Shown here: piece after piece, positions 9,461-17,681 of the stretch
Numbering within the stretch: the first letter of the stretch is position 1
Layout: every line of letters begins with the position of its first letter
Assembly (NCBI GenBank): GCA_041390125.1
Contig: JAWKQN010000009.1
Location: forward strand, 170,628 to 234,627
DNA from: Gemmatimonadota bacterium
GTDB lineage: Bacteria > Gemmatimonadota > Gemmatimonadetes > Longimicrobiales > Gaopeijiaceae
Direction of reading: 5' to 3'
DNA: 64,000 nt
Position numbers and translations under genes: made by a program
The notes under the pieces: model-generated
The model's input: only the letters and a program-made list of their open reading frames with translations
What the model was told of the DNA's origin: nothing
Database searches by the model: none

Positions 9461-10170
9461 GCGAGCGGATCATCGGCAAGGAGTACTACGACCGCTCCGA
9501 CTACTTCGAAGGCGGTACCGGGCACCTGACCGACCTGGACAGCCCCTTCCAGCAATACCGCATCCGGAAGGTGCTGGAGATCCATCGGCCCGTGGCCGAG
9601 GACCGCGTCGTGGACCTGGGATGCGGCTGGGGCACGTTCTGCTTTGCGCTCGCGCCCGCGGTGAAGGAGATCGTGGGCGTCGACTTCTCCGAGAAGTCCA
9701 TCGAGCTCTGCGAGAAGCGGCTCGCGCAGGCGCCCTTCGACAACGTCCGCTTCGTGTGCGCGGACGGTGGGGACACGGGGCTACCCGCCGGGGTCTGGGA
9801 CATGGTGCTGGCGGCCGACCTCTTCGAGCACCTGTATCCCGACGACTCGGCGCGGGTCTTCGCGGAGGCCTTCCGCCTGTTGGCGCCCGGGGGGCGCTTC
9901 GCCGTCTGGACCCCGCACCGCGGGCACATCCTCGAGGTGCTCAAGAACAACGAGATCCTGCTCGAGCGCGACATCAGCCACGTGGACTACAAGTCCATGG
10001 CGCGGCTGAAGAGCTATGCGACGGAGGCCGGCTTCGACGTGGAGCGGGCCTACTACGCGGAGTCACACGTGCCGGGGCTGTCCCTGGTGGAGCGCGCCCT
10101 CCAGGGGGCCGTCCCACTCCTGCGCCGCCGGATCGCCCTGCTGGCCCGCAAGCCGTTCCGCGCCCTGTAG
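9457..10170 (+). CDS. Class I SAM-dependent methyltransferase
   Basis: GTGA overlap with the upstream stop. Motif I VVDLGCGWG and post-I VGVDFS. Confidence 0.85.
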   Translation: MSERIIGKEYYDRSDYFEGGTGHLTDLDSPFQQYRIRKVLEIHRPVAEDRVVDLGCGWGTFCFALAPAVKEIVGVDFSEKSIELCEKRLAQAPFDNVRFVCADGGDTGLPAGVWDMVLAADLFEHLYPDDSARVFAEAFRLLAPGGRFAVWTPHRGHILEVLKNNEILLERDISHVDYKSMARLKSYATEAGFDVERAYYAESHVPGLSLVERALQGAVPLLRRRIALLARKPFRAL

Positions 10171-10312
10171 CGACGGCCGGCCCCGGAGGCCCGTCCGACC
10201 GGCGTGCCGGGCCGTTCGCCCCATGCTAAACTGAGTGTCACCGGCGTGCCCGGCCCTCGCGGTGTCCGGGGGCCTTTCCCATCGATCCCAGAGACCCATG
10301 CCCGTACCATCG

Positions 10313-12574
10313 ATGAAGCGATTCCTGATGGCCGCGGCTTCCGCGGTCCTCCTGGCCGGCCCGGCGCCGGTGGAGGCCCAGCAGCGGCCCATGACCTTCC
10401 TGGACATGCAGTACCTCAACCGTGCCGGGTCGTGGGCGCCGAGTCCCGACGGTGCCTGGTTGCTGTACACGGTCACCACGCCCGACTGGGAGGAGGACCG
10501 GCAGCAATCCGACATCCACCTCGTCTCCCTCGCGGAGGGACTGCCGTCCGAGCGGCAGCTCACCTTCACGGAAGACAAGAACGAGGAGTCTCCCGCCTGG
10601 ACCCCCGACGGCGCCTGGTTCGCCTTCCTGTCGGACCGGGATGCCAGCGGGAACGGCCGCGAAGGGCGTCGCAACCAGGTCTATCTGATGCGACCGGACG
10701 GCGGTGAGGCGCGCAAGATCACGGACGCCGAGGGCGGCGTAGGCAACTTCGCGTTCAGCCCGGACGGCGCCTGGCTCGTCTACCGCGCGGGCCGCGAGCT
10801 CGATGCGCAGCTCTACCGTCTGCCGATGGCCACCGTCTTCGAAGCCGAAGCGGAGAAGATGACCGAGACCGAAGCGGGCGTGGAGCAGTGGGCGTTCGCT
10901 CCGGACGGGAAGCGCATCTACTTCACCACGCCCGACGCGCGCGACAAGGACGAGGAGCTGCGACGGGAGAAGGGCTTCACGGTCAACATCCAGAACGCCG
11001 AGACGCCGCTGTCCAGCCTGTGGGCCATCGACGTCGCCTCCGGCGCCGTCAACCGGCTGACCCGCGACCCGTCGATCTCGGTGGATCGCTTCCAGGTGTC
11101 TCCCGACAGCCGCTGGGTGGGCTTCCGCGGCGGATCTGCGGAGCGCTACGAGCGCAACATCACCGAGGAGGGCATCAACGCGGACCTGTTCCTGCTGGAG
11201 GTGGCCACCGGTCAGGTCGAGCGTCTCACCGACAATGAGGAAGTGGGGGAGAACGGACCGTCCTTCTCGCCCGACAGCCGCTGGGTGGCCTTCTCGGCGC
11301 CCGACGACCTCACGCGCTACACGATGAGCAACGATCGTGTGTACCTGCGCGAGACCGGGGCGACGGGCGCGCCGTTCCGGAAGCTGGGGAGCGGGTTCGA
11401 CGGGGACGTCTCGATCGCGTTCTGGTCCGAGGACGCCAAGACCCTCTACTTCAACGAGGGGTGGCGGGCGACGCGGCAGCTCTTCGCGCTGGATGTGGCC
11501 AAGGACGAGGTGCGTCAGGTCACGGACGAGCGCGCCGCGCTGTCCGTCGACCGGGACGAGGATACCGGCGTCCTCCTGATCAACTACCAGGATCCGCGCA
11601 CCCCGCCCACCCTGTTCACGGTGGCGCGCCTCGACCGGGTGGCACGCCGGGCGGAGTGGACGCAGCTGATCGACGTGAACCCGCAGGTCCGTGACTTCGC
11701 ATTGGGCGAAGAAGAGGAGATCACCTGGACTTCCACCGACGGCAAGCAGGTCGGGGGTGTGCTGGTGAAGCCCGTGGGCTACCAGGAGGGGCAGCGCTAT
11801 CCCCTGATCGTGGCCATCCACGGCGGCCCGGCCTCCGCGGACGTGCTCGGGTTCAATGGCGGCTATGGCGCGCAGGCCTATGCGGGGGCGGGGTACGCGG
11901 TCCTCAAGCCCAACTACCGCGGCTCGACCAACTATGGCAACGCGCATCGTACGGCCATCGTGGGGAACTACTTCCCGCAGGGGTATGACGACATCATGAC
12001 CGGTGTCGATCACCTGATCGCGGAAGGGATCGTGGACGAAGACCGCATGGGCGTGCTGGGCTGGAGCGCCGGCGGGCACTGGTCCAACTGGATCCTCACG
12101 CACACGGACCGCTTCAAGGCCATCAGCTCCGGCGCGGGCACCATGAACTGGATCAGCATGTACGCCCAGAGCGACGTGCAACGGAACCGTCAGTTCTACC
12201 TGGGTGACGAGTTGATGTACGAGAACTTCGATCCCTACTGGGACCAGTCCCCGCTCAAGTACATCGCCAATGCCAAGACGCCCACCATGGTGCACGTGGT
12301 GCAGGGCGATCCACGCGTGCCCAGCCCGCAGTCCATCGAGCTGCACATGGCGCTGAAGAAGCTCGACGTGCCCACGGAGCTGTTCCTCTACCCGGGCTTC
12401 AGCCACGGCATCCCGGACGCGCGCAACCGCCTGGTCAAGTCGGTGAGCGAGATGGCCTGGATGGACTACTACGTGCGCGGGATCGGTGAGAAGTTCCAGT
12501 GGCGCCAGGTGCTGGAGACGCTGCCGGGCAACGGCGAGCGCCCGCGGGCCGCGACGGACGAGGGCGCGCGTTGA
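10313..12574 (+). CDS. S9 family serine peptidase (prolyl oligopeptidase / acylaminoacyl-peptidase-like) with N-terminal beta-propeller
   Basis: Signal peptide MKRFLMAAASAVLLAGPAPVEA. Repeated SPDG/APDG propeller motifs. Nucleophile elbow GWSAGG and a C-terminal GFSHG His region. Confidence 0.9.
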   Translation: MKRFLMAAASAVLLAGPAPVEAQQRPMTFLDMQYLNRAGSWAPSPDGAWLLYTVTTPDWEEDRQQSDIHLVSLAEGLPSERQLTFTEDKNEESPAWTPDGAWFAFLSDRDASGNGREGRRNQVYLMRPDGGEARKITDAEGGVGNFAFSPDGAWLVYRAGRELDAQLYRLPMATVFEAEAEKMTETEAGVEQWAFAPDGKRIYFTTPDARDKDEELRREKGFTVNIQNAETPLSSLWAIDVASGAVNRLTRDPSISVDRFQVSPDSRWVGFRGGSAERYERNITEEGINADLFLLEVATGQVERLTDNEEVGENGPSFSPDSRWVAFSAPDDLTRYTMSNDRVYLRETGATGAPFRKLGSGFDGDVSIAFWSEDAKTLYFNEGWRATRQLFALDVAKDEVRQVTDERAALSVDRDEDTGVLLINYQDPRTPPTLFTVARLDRVARRAEWTQLIDVNPQVRDFALGEEEEITWTSTDGKQVGGVLVKPVGYQEGQRYPLIVAIHGGPASADVLGFNGGYGAQAYAGAGYAVLKPNYRGSTNYGNAHRTAIVGNYFPQGYDDIMTGVDHLIAEGIVDEDRMGVLGWSAGGHWSNWILTHTDRFKAISSGAGTMNWISMYAQSDVQRNRQFYLGDELMYENFDPYWDQSPLKYIANAKTPTMVHVVQGDPRVPSPQSIELHMALKKLDVPTELFLYPGFSHGIPDARNRLVKSVSEMAWMDYYVRGIGEKFQWRQVLETLPGNGERPRAATDEGAR

Positions 12575-12605
12575 CCTGACCTCCCCGAGCGCCTCGACGC
12601 GAAGC

Positions 12606-12646
12606 GCAGCGGCGGTCCCATCCCCTGTAGGTGGGGCCGCCGCTGC
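12606..12646 (+). terminator. Candidate intrinsic terminator after the S9 peptidase gene
   Basis: 15-bp stem GCAGCGGCGGTCCCA / TGGGGCCGCCGCTGC (one G-U pair) followed by ATTT, 32 nt after the stop. Confidence 0.5.
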
Positions 12647-12693
12647 ATTTCACGGCCACGGGAGCCTCCGGCCACGCTCCGGGTACCACGCGG

Positions 12694-13560
12694 ATGCAGA
12701 GGCGGATAGGGTGCGCAAGCGGGGTCGCGCTGGCGGCGGGCGCGCTGCTGGTGGGGCAGGCGGGCCCGGCCGTCGCGCAGGCCCCGGACGGAGAGCCGGA
12801 TGCCTACGCGCATGCCGGCGCGCTGGCGCTCAACGCTGTCGTCGGCGGAGTGATCTCCGGCGTATCCCGCGAGCTGCGCGGCGGCTCGTTCCGGGAAGCC
12901 TTCACGCTCGGCGCGCTCGGCGGCGGTCTTTCCTACGGGGGAAAGTGGGTGGCCACCCGCCGGTTCGACGGAGCGGGCCTGTCCGGCCGGCAGATCGCGG
13001 CGGTCGGGCATTCGTTCACCCGCAACGCCGGGGCAGGGGAGTCCGCCTTCGCGCGCCTCACCTTCCCCCTGTGGTTCGCCCGGCTGGAGTGGGACCGCAC
13101 GCGAGGTCGGCTGCGTCCCGGGGTCCAGTGGTCCGAGGTCGCGGCACTCACGTGGGCGGTGGCCAGTGACGATCTCGAGCTGGATGCGGGCACATCGCTG
13201 TCTACGGGCGCCATGGTGTTCGATGCGCCGCGGCGAAGGGTGATCCGCAACGGCCGGGACGTCAACGGTTTCGAGCTGGAGGGAGTCACGGTGATCGCGG
13301 GCATCCGAGCGAGCCCCTACGAGGATGTATTGGCGCACGAGGTGGCGCACGTCCTCCAAGGCGACCTGCTGCAGAGCGCGATCGGCGATCCCTTGGAGAC
13401 CTGGCTCCTGGAGCAAGTCGGGGCGGAAGGGCTCCGTCGCCTCGGGCCTCTCGGTCTCATCGCAAACACCGGGTGGAGTACGCTCAACGCCGTGCTGTGG
13501 GACGCACCGGGAAGCGGCCCCTTCGAGAAGGAGGCGAGGCTGCTGGCGGGGAGACGATGA
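12694..13560 (+). CDS. Secreted hypothetical protein with HExxH motif (putative zincin-like metallopeptidase)
   Basis: Signal peptide ending AVAQA, a Gly-rich hydrophobic region, and LAHEVAHVLQ near the C-terminus. Confidence 0.65.
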   Translation: MQRRIGCASGVALAAGALLVGQAGPAVAQAPDGEPDAYAHAGALALNAVVGGVISGVSRELRGGSFREAFTLGALGGGLSYGGKWVATRRFDGAGLSGRQIAAVGHSFTRNAGAGESAFARLTFPLWFARLEWDRTRGRLRPGVQWSEVAALTWAVASDDLELDAGTSLSTGAMVFDAPRRRVIRNGRDVNGFELEGVTVIAGIRASPYEDVLAHEVAHVLQGDLLQSAIGDPLETWLLEQVGAEGLRRLGPLGLIANTGWSTLNAVLWDAPGSGPFEKEARLLAGRR

Positions 13561-14324
13561 TCCGTGCCGGGTGGATCATCCGGGCGAAGGCTGGCGGGGT
13601 GGTGGTCTGTGTGCTCGGTTCGTCTGGGTGCGACGTCACCTTCGAAGAAGTGTCCGCCCTCCGGCCCGCGCTGGCGGCGGTATTCCTCACGTACACCGAT
13701 TCGCTGGGAACGGAAAGCTCCGAGCTCGCCGGAATCTTCCGATCTGCGATGGACGTCGACGGCGCCGTCGTTGAGGTGGACGATCCGGCGTTCACCGTAG
13801 GGGCCTACAGGATCCCCCTGCGACCGCGTGTGGACGCCGAGATCGGGACGTACGAAGGCTCGATCCCGATCGGTCCCGGACCTTTGGAGGCGCAAATGGG
13901 CCTGCGGGTCCGCGGGCCCTCGCTCCCGGACGGTGCGCAGGCGCCGGAAGGAGAGCTCCCGTCGCTCCACTGGCGGAGCGCGCAGGACCTGATCCAGGAT
14001 TCCACGGGAGCGCTCCGGGTGGAGTGGGAGTCGGGTGGCGGCCCAGCGAACGACTCCACGGACGCCGGGAGCTGGCTCCTCACCGTCGAACCGAGCGACC
14101 CCGGTCCGCCCGGAGCGCCGCGTCGTCGTCTCGTCATGCAGGGGCAGGGCCCGCCGCCGCGCCCCCTCGACATCGGAGCGGCCTTCGTGCCCGGTGCCGG
14201 TCCCTGGAGGGTCCGCCTGGAGATCACCGAGACCCGCAGGGATCTCCGCGACGCGTGGGAGTTCCGGGGGACGACCCGCTCGCAGCTGATCTGGATCGCG
14301 CAGCCGGCTTCCGCCGCTCCCTGA
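13557..14324 (+). CDS. Hypothetical lipoprotein
   Basis: ATGA overlap with the upstream stop. Lipobox VLGSSGC. No recognisable domain. Confidence 0.6.
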   Translation: MIRAGWIIRAKAGGVVVCVLGSSGCDVTFEEVSALRPALAAVFLTYTDSLGTESSELAGIFRSAMDVDGAVVEVDDPAFTVGAYRIPLRPRVDAEIGTYEGSIPIGPGPLEAQMGLRVRGPSLPDGAQAPEGELPSLHWRSAQDLIQDSTGALRVEWESGGGPANDSTDAGSWLLTVEPSDPGPPGAPRRRLVMQGQGPPPRPLDIGAAFVPGAGPWRVRLEITETRRDLRDAWEFRGTTRSQLIWIAQPASAAP

Positions 14325-14501
14325 GCGTGATCGCGACGTCAAGGACGCGGCCGTGGTTCCGGTCGTGGCGTGTCGTCCGCGCCGCTCTCTCGCCTCGGCG
14401 GAGCACCCTTGGCGGCGAAGGGACGGGCGGGGTTCGCTGTGCTGGGAGGGGAGCGCGGTGCCCGGAAGAGCGGGTCGAAGCGGACGGGTCCGAACGGTAG
14501 C

Positions 14502-14535
14502 TTTACATAATATACATTATGCGACATTGAAGGAG
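14502..14535 (+). promoter_or_regulatory. AT-rich island with inverted repeat CATAAT-N4-ATTATG, followed by AAGGAG
   Basis: TTTACATAATATACATTATGCGACATTGAAGGAG is the most AT-rich stretch I noticed in the window. It lies 27-60 nt upstream of the methyltransferase ATG. TTTACA could serve as a -35 element and the AT-rich dyad could hold a -10 element or an operator. Confidence 0.4.
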
Positions 14536-14561
14536 CGGGCATTCCAGGGCGATCATGCGCG

Positions 14562-15428
14562 ATGAACGACGCCCTGAACGAACCCCGCCATGACGCCGGG
14601 GACCCCGCGAACGACGCCCGGGCGAACGACGAGGATCACGCGACGACCGACGCGCGGGTTCCCGCGACGACCGACGCGCCGGCGGGATCAGAGGAGGACC
14701 GCGCTCCGGCGGACGACCCACGGGTGGCTCCGCTCGCGTTCGAGGCCTACGAGGCGCTGGCGGACGCGTATGCGTCCCGCATCGACACGAAGCCGCACAA
14801 CGCCTACTACGAGCGACCCGCGACGCTCTCGTTGCTTCCACCGGTCCGTGGCGCGCGGGTCCTCGACGCCGGTTGTGGCCCGGGCGTCTACAGCGAGTGG
14901 CTGATCGCACGTGGCGCGGAGGTCGTTGCCGTCGACGCCAGCCCCCGCATGGTCGAGTTGGCCCGAGACCGGCTGGGGCCTGCGGTCGACCTCCGCGTGG
15001 CCGACCTGGGACGGCCCCTGCCGTTCTTGGCAGACCGGTCGTTCGACCTGGTGCTGTGTCCACTCGTCCTGGAGTACGTCGAGGACTGGCGGGTGCCGTT
15101 CGGCGAGTTCCACCGGCTGCTACGGCCGGGTGGCCACCTCGTGTTCTCGGTCACCCATCCCTTCTTCGACTCCGTCTACTTCGAGTCGGACGACTATTTC
15201 CGGGTCGAGCACGTGGCGAGCGTCTGGACCGGATTCGGCCCCCGCATCCGGATGCCCAGCATCCGGCGTTCCCTGGAGGAGACGCTCACCCCGCTGCTGG
15301 ACGCGGGCTTCGTGCTGGAGCGGATCGTGGAGCCGCGTCCCACGGAGGAGTTCGCGCGTGCGGATCCGCGGCACTACGAGGAGCTGTCGCGCAGACCCTG
15401 CTTCCTCTGCGTGCGGGCCCGACGCTGA
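14562..15428 (+). CDS. Class I SAM-dependent methyltransferase with an acidic low-complexity N-terminal extension
   Basis: Motif I VLDAGCGPG, then VVAVDASPRM and LRPGGHLVF. The first ~55 aa are rich in D, A and T. Confidence 0.8.
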   Translation: MNDALNEPRHDAGDPANDARANDEDHATTDARVPATTDAPAGSEEDRAPADDPRVAPLAFEAYEALADAYASRIDTKPHNAYYERPATLSLLPPVRGARVLDAGCGPGVYSEWLIARGAEVVAVDASPRMVELARDRLGPAVDLRVADLGRPLPFLADRSFDLVLCPLVLEYVEDWRVPFGEFHRLLRPGGHLVFSVTHPFFDSVYFESDDYFRVEHVASVWTGFGPRIRMPSIRRSLEETLTPLLDAGFVLERIVEPRPTEEFARADPRHYEELSRRPCFLCVRARR

Positions 15429-15452
15429 CTGCTGCGTCCGGATCCCGGCGGG

Positions 15453-16139
15453 TCAGCTGCGCGCCCGCACCTCGGCCAGCCGCATCTCCACCATCGGGCG
15501 CTGCAGGTCGCCTTCCTCGAGGTCGTCGAGCACGCGCTGGTAGAGCGCGGCTGCACCCGAATTGTCGCCTTCCTGGGCCAGCAACCGGGCGGCGTCCAAC
15601 CGGGCCTCCGTGGCCTGGAACGGCAGGTCCGCGGCATCCGCCACGCGGCGGTACACCCGGATGGCGTCGTCCATGCGTCCGGCGTTCTCGTAGGCGGCAC
15701 CGAGCAGCATCCCACCCTGCAGGTTGACCGGATCGTCCAGGTCGCTGACGGTCGGCTCCAGCACGACGATGGCCTGCGCCGGATCGCCCGAGTCCAGATG
15801 GAGCTGACCGAGCAGCAGACGGGCCTCGGCCGCGGACGGGGTTCCGCCGAAGCGCTCCAGGAAGGTGTTCAGCTCTCCACGGGCGGCGTCGCGGTCGCCC
15901 ATGCCGATGGTGGCCTGGATGCGCTCGAGCTCCCCCACGGCCTGGAGGTCCACGCCCTGCTGGAAGGACCGCCAATACCACAGGCCCCCGATGAGCACCA
16001 CCAGCACCACGCCGGCGATGGTCAGGAGCTGACGGTTCTTCTGCGCCCAGTCGGAGGCTTGGACCACGCCGCTGATGAAGGCGTCGTCCGGATTGTCTTC
16101 GACCCGTTGCGGGGTCGCGGCTGTGGGGCGCTTGGCCAT
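15453..16139 (-). CDS. TPR-repeat membrane-anchored protein (YfgM-like architecture)
   Basis: One N-terminal TM helix (LLTIAGVVLVVLIGGLWYW) followed by TPR-like helical repeats. Confidence 0.7.
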   Translation of the reverse strand: MAKRPTAATPQRVEDNPDDAFISGVVQASDWAQKNRQLLTIAGVVLVVLIGGLWYWRSFQQGVDLQAVGELERIQATIGMGDRDAARGELNTFLERFGGTPSAAEARLLLGQLHLDSGDPAQAIVVLEPTVSDLDDPVNLQGGMLLGAAYENAGRMDDAIRVYRRVADAADLPFQATEARLDAARLLAQEGDNSGAAALYQRVLDDLEEGDLQRPMVEMRLAEVRARS

Positions 16140-16278
16140 CGGAGCGATCGGTCTCGAAAAGGGTCGGAGGACAGACCGTCTAAGCTAAGGGGCGCCCGTC
16201 CAGGGTCAATCCAAGCGCCCGCATCCACGCGAACCGGCCCTGCCTCGAGGACGCGGGAGCGCCGCGCTTCCGGACCCC

Positions 16279-17490
16279 CTACCCCGCCGCCGGACCCCGC
16301 CGCAGCGCCGGGTGCAGCGCGAGGAGCGTCCCCAGCAGCAGGACGGGCGCGCAGAGCTGGCCGGCTCGCACGGGCCCGTACAGGTCGCCCAACCACCCGG
16401 GCACCATGAGCGCCACGGAGGCCACGGACCAGGCCAGCCCCATCACGATGCCCGCTCCGACGGCGGCGCCGGTCGGCAGGAGCTCCTGCGCCATGACCAC
16501 GATGGGTGGCAGCAGCGCCATGTTGAGGAACCCGGCCGCCAGGATGGCCACCACGCCGCCGGGGCTCCCCGGGGGCAGCGTGAGCGCCAGGAAGTGCGCG
16601 GGCGCGCCCAGCAGCGTCAGGATGACCATCAGACGGCCCCGGTCCATGCGGTCCGTCAGCACCCCCGAGGTCAGCGTGCCCAGGGCCTGCGCGCCCAGAT
16701 AGAGCGTGAGGGCGAGCGCGCGGGCGTTCTGCGAGCCCCCCGCCTGATCGACGATGATCGGCTCCAGCGTGAGGAACGTGCGCTGCACGAACGCCGACAG
16801 CGCGCTGATGCCGAACAGGAGGCCCAGGGGGCCCTTGAGCGTGCGGATCACCTCGAGCGGCATGGGCGGCCGGGGCGCCCGCCCATCCGCCGCACCGCCC
16901 GGGACCAGCGGCCAGAGCGCCAGGCACAGCACCAGGCCCGGGATCATCGCCAGCCACAGCCCGCCCAGCCCGAAGGCGGCGACCGTGGTCACGGCCAGGA
17001 ACGGGCCCACGGCATACCCGGCCGCGCCTCCGAACGAGAAGATGGACAGGCGCACGCCGCTGCCCCGCCCGTCCGCGACCCGGGTGGCGAGGGAGGCGCC
17101 CGGGGGGTGGAACGCGGCCGCGCCCAGACCACCGACCAGGAGAAGGGCCACCAGCAGCGGATAGCTGGGCGCCAGCCCGATCAGGGAGAGGAAGACGGCC
17201 GAAAGCGCCGGGCCCAGCAGGACGAACGGCTTGCGCCCGACCCGATCGGCCAGGTACCCCAGGAAGGGCTGGGGAAACGAGGTGGCCAGGGAGAGCAGCA
17301 TCGCCAGGCTGGCGGCCCGCGCGATGGACAGGCCGTGCTTGTCCATCAGGTCCGGGAGCAGCGGGGCCAGGAAGCCCACGTAGGCGTCGGTGACGCCATG
17401 CGCCAGGGCGATGGCAAAGGCCGCCTGGGTGGTGCGGACCGCCAGGCGCTGGACGGAGGGGTCGGCGGGCTCGGCGGTGCGGACGGCCAC
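16279..17490 (-). CDS. MFS transporter
   Basis: About 12 TM helices and the MFS loop motif GYLADRVGRKP. The start is uncertain: I chose GTG 17490, and the ORF is open up to 17655. Confidence 0.75.
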   Translation of the reverse strand: MAVRTAEPADPSVQRLAVRTTQAAFAIALAHGVTDAYVGFLAPLLPDLMDKHGLSIARAASLAMLLSLATSFPQPFLGYLADRVGRKPFVLLGPALSAVFLSLIGLAPSYPLLVALLLVGGLGAAAFHPPGASLATRVADGRGSGVRLSIFSFGGAAGYAVGPFLAVTTVAAFGLGGLWLAMIPGLVLCLALWPLVPGGAADGRAPRPPMPLEVIRTLKGPLGLLFGISALSAFVQRTFLTLEPIIVDQAGGSQNARALALTLYLGAQALGTLTSGVLTDRMDRGRLMVILTLLGAPAHFLALTLPPGSPGGVVAILAAGFLNMALLPPIVVMAQELLPTGAAVGAGIVMGLAWSVASVALMVPGWLGDLYGPVRAGQLCAPVLLLGTLLALHPALRRGPAAG

Positions 17491-17681
17491 GGGGCTCCGG
17501 CGTGGGACGGGCAGTGGGGCGCGCGGGTCGCAAGGGATCGCAGGGGACGCGCGCGAAGCGCTCGGGAACCCCGTCTGGCGCGAGCGGTTCCCGGGGCTCA
17601 GCTTGGGGTCCCAGGGGCGACGCTGCCTGCCGCTCCCCTGCCCCGTTCGCCCCACGCTCCGCCTCCACGGGAGAAGAACGC

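Noticed and set aside
14506-14521. A second ArgR operator at the AT-rich island upstream of the methyltransferase.
   Set aside because: It shares only the heptamer ATTATGC with the argR-proximal dyad and has a different arm sequence and spacing. That is not enough evidence to link it to arginine control.
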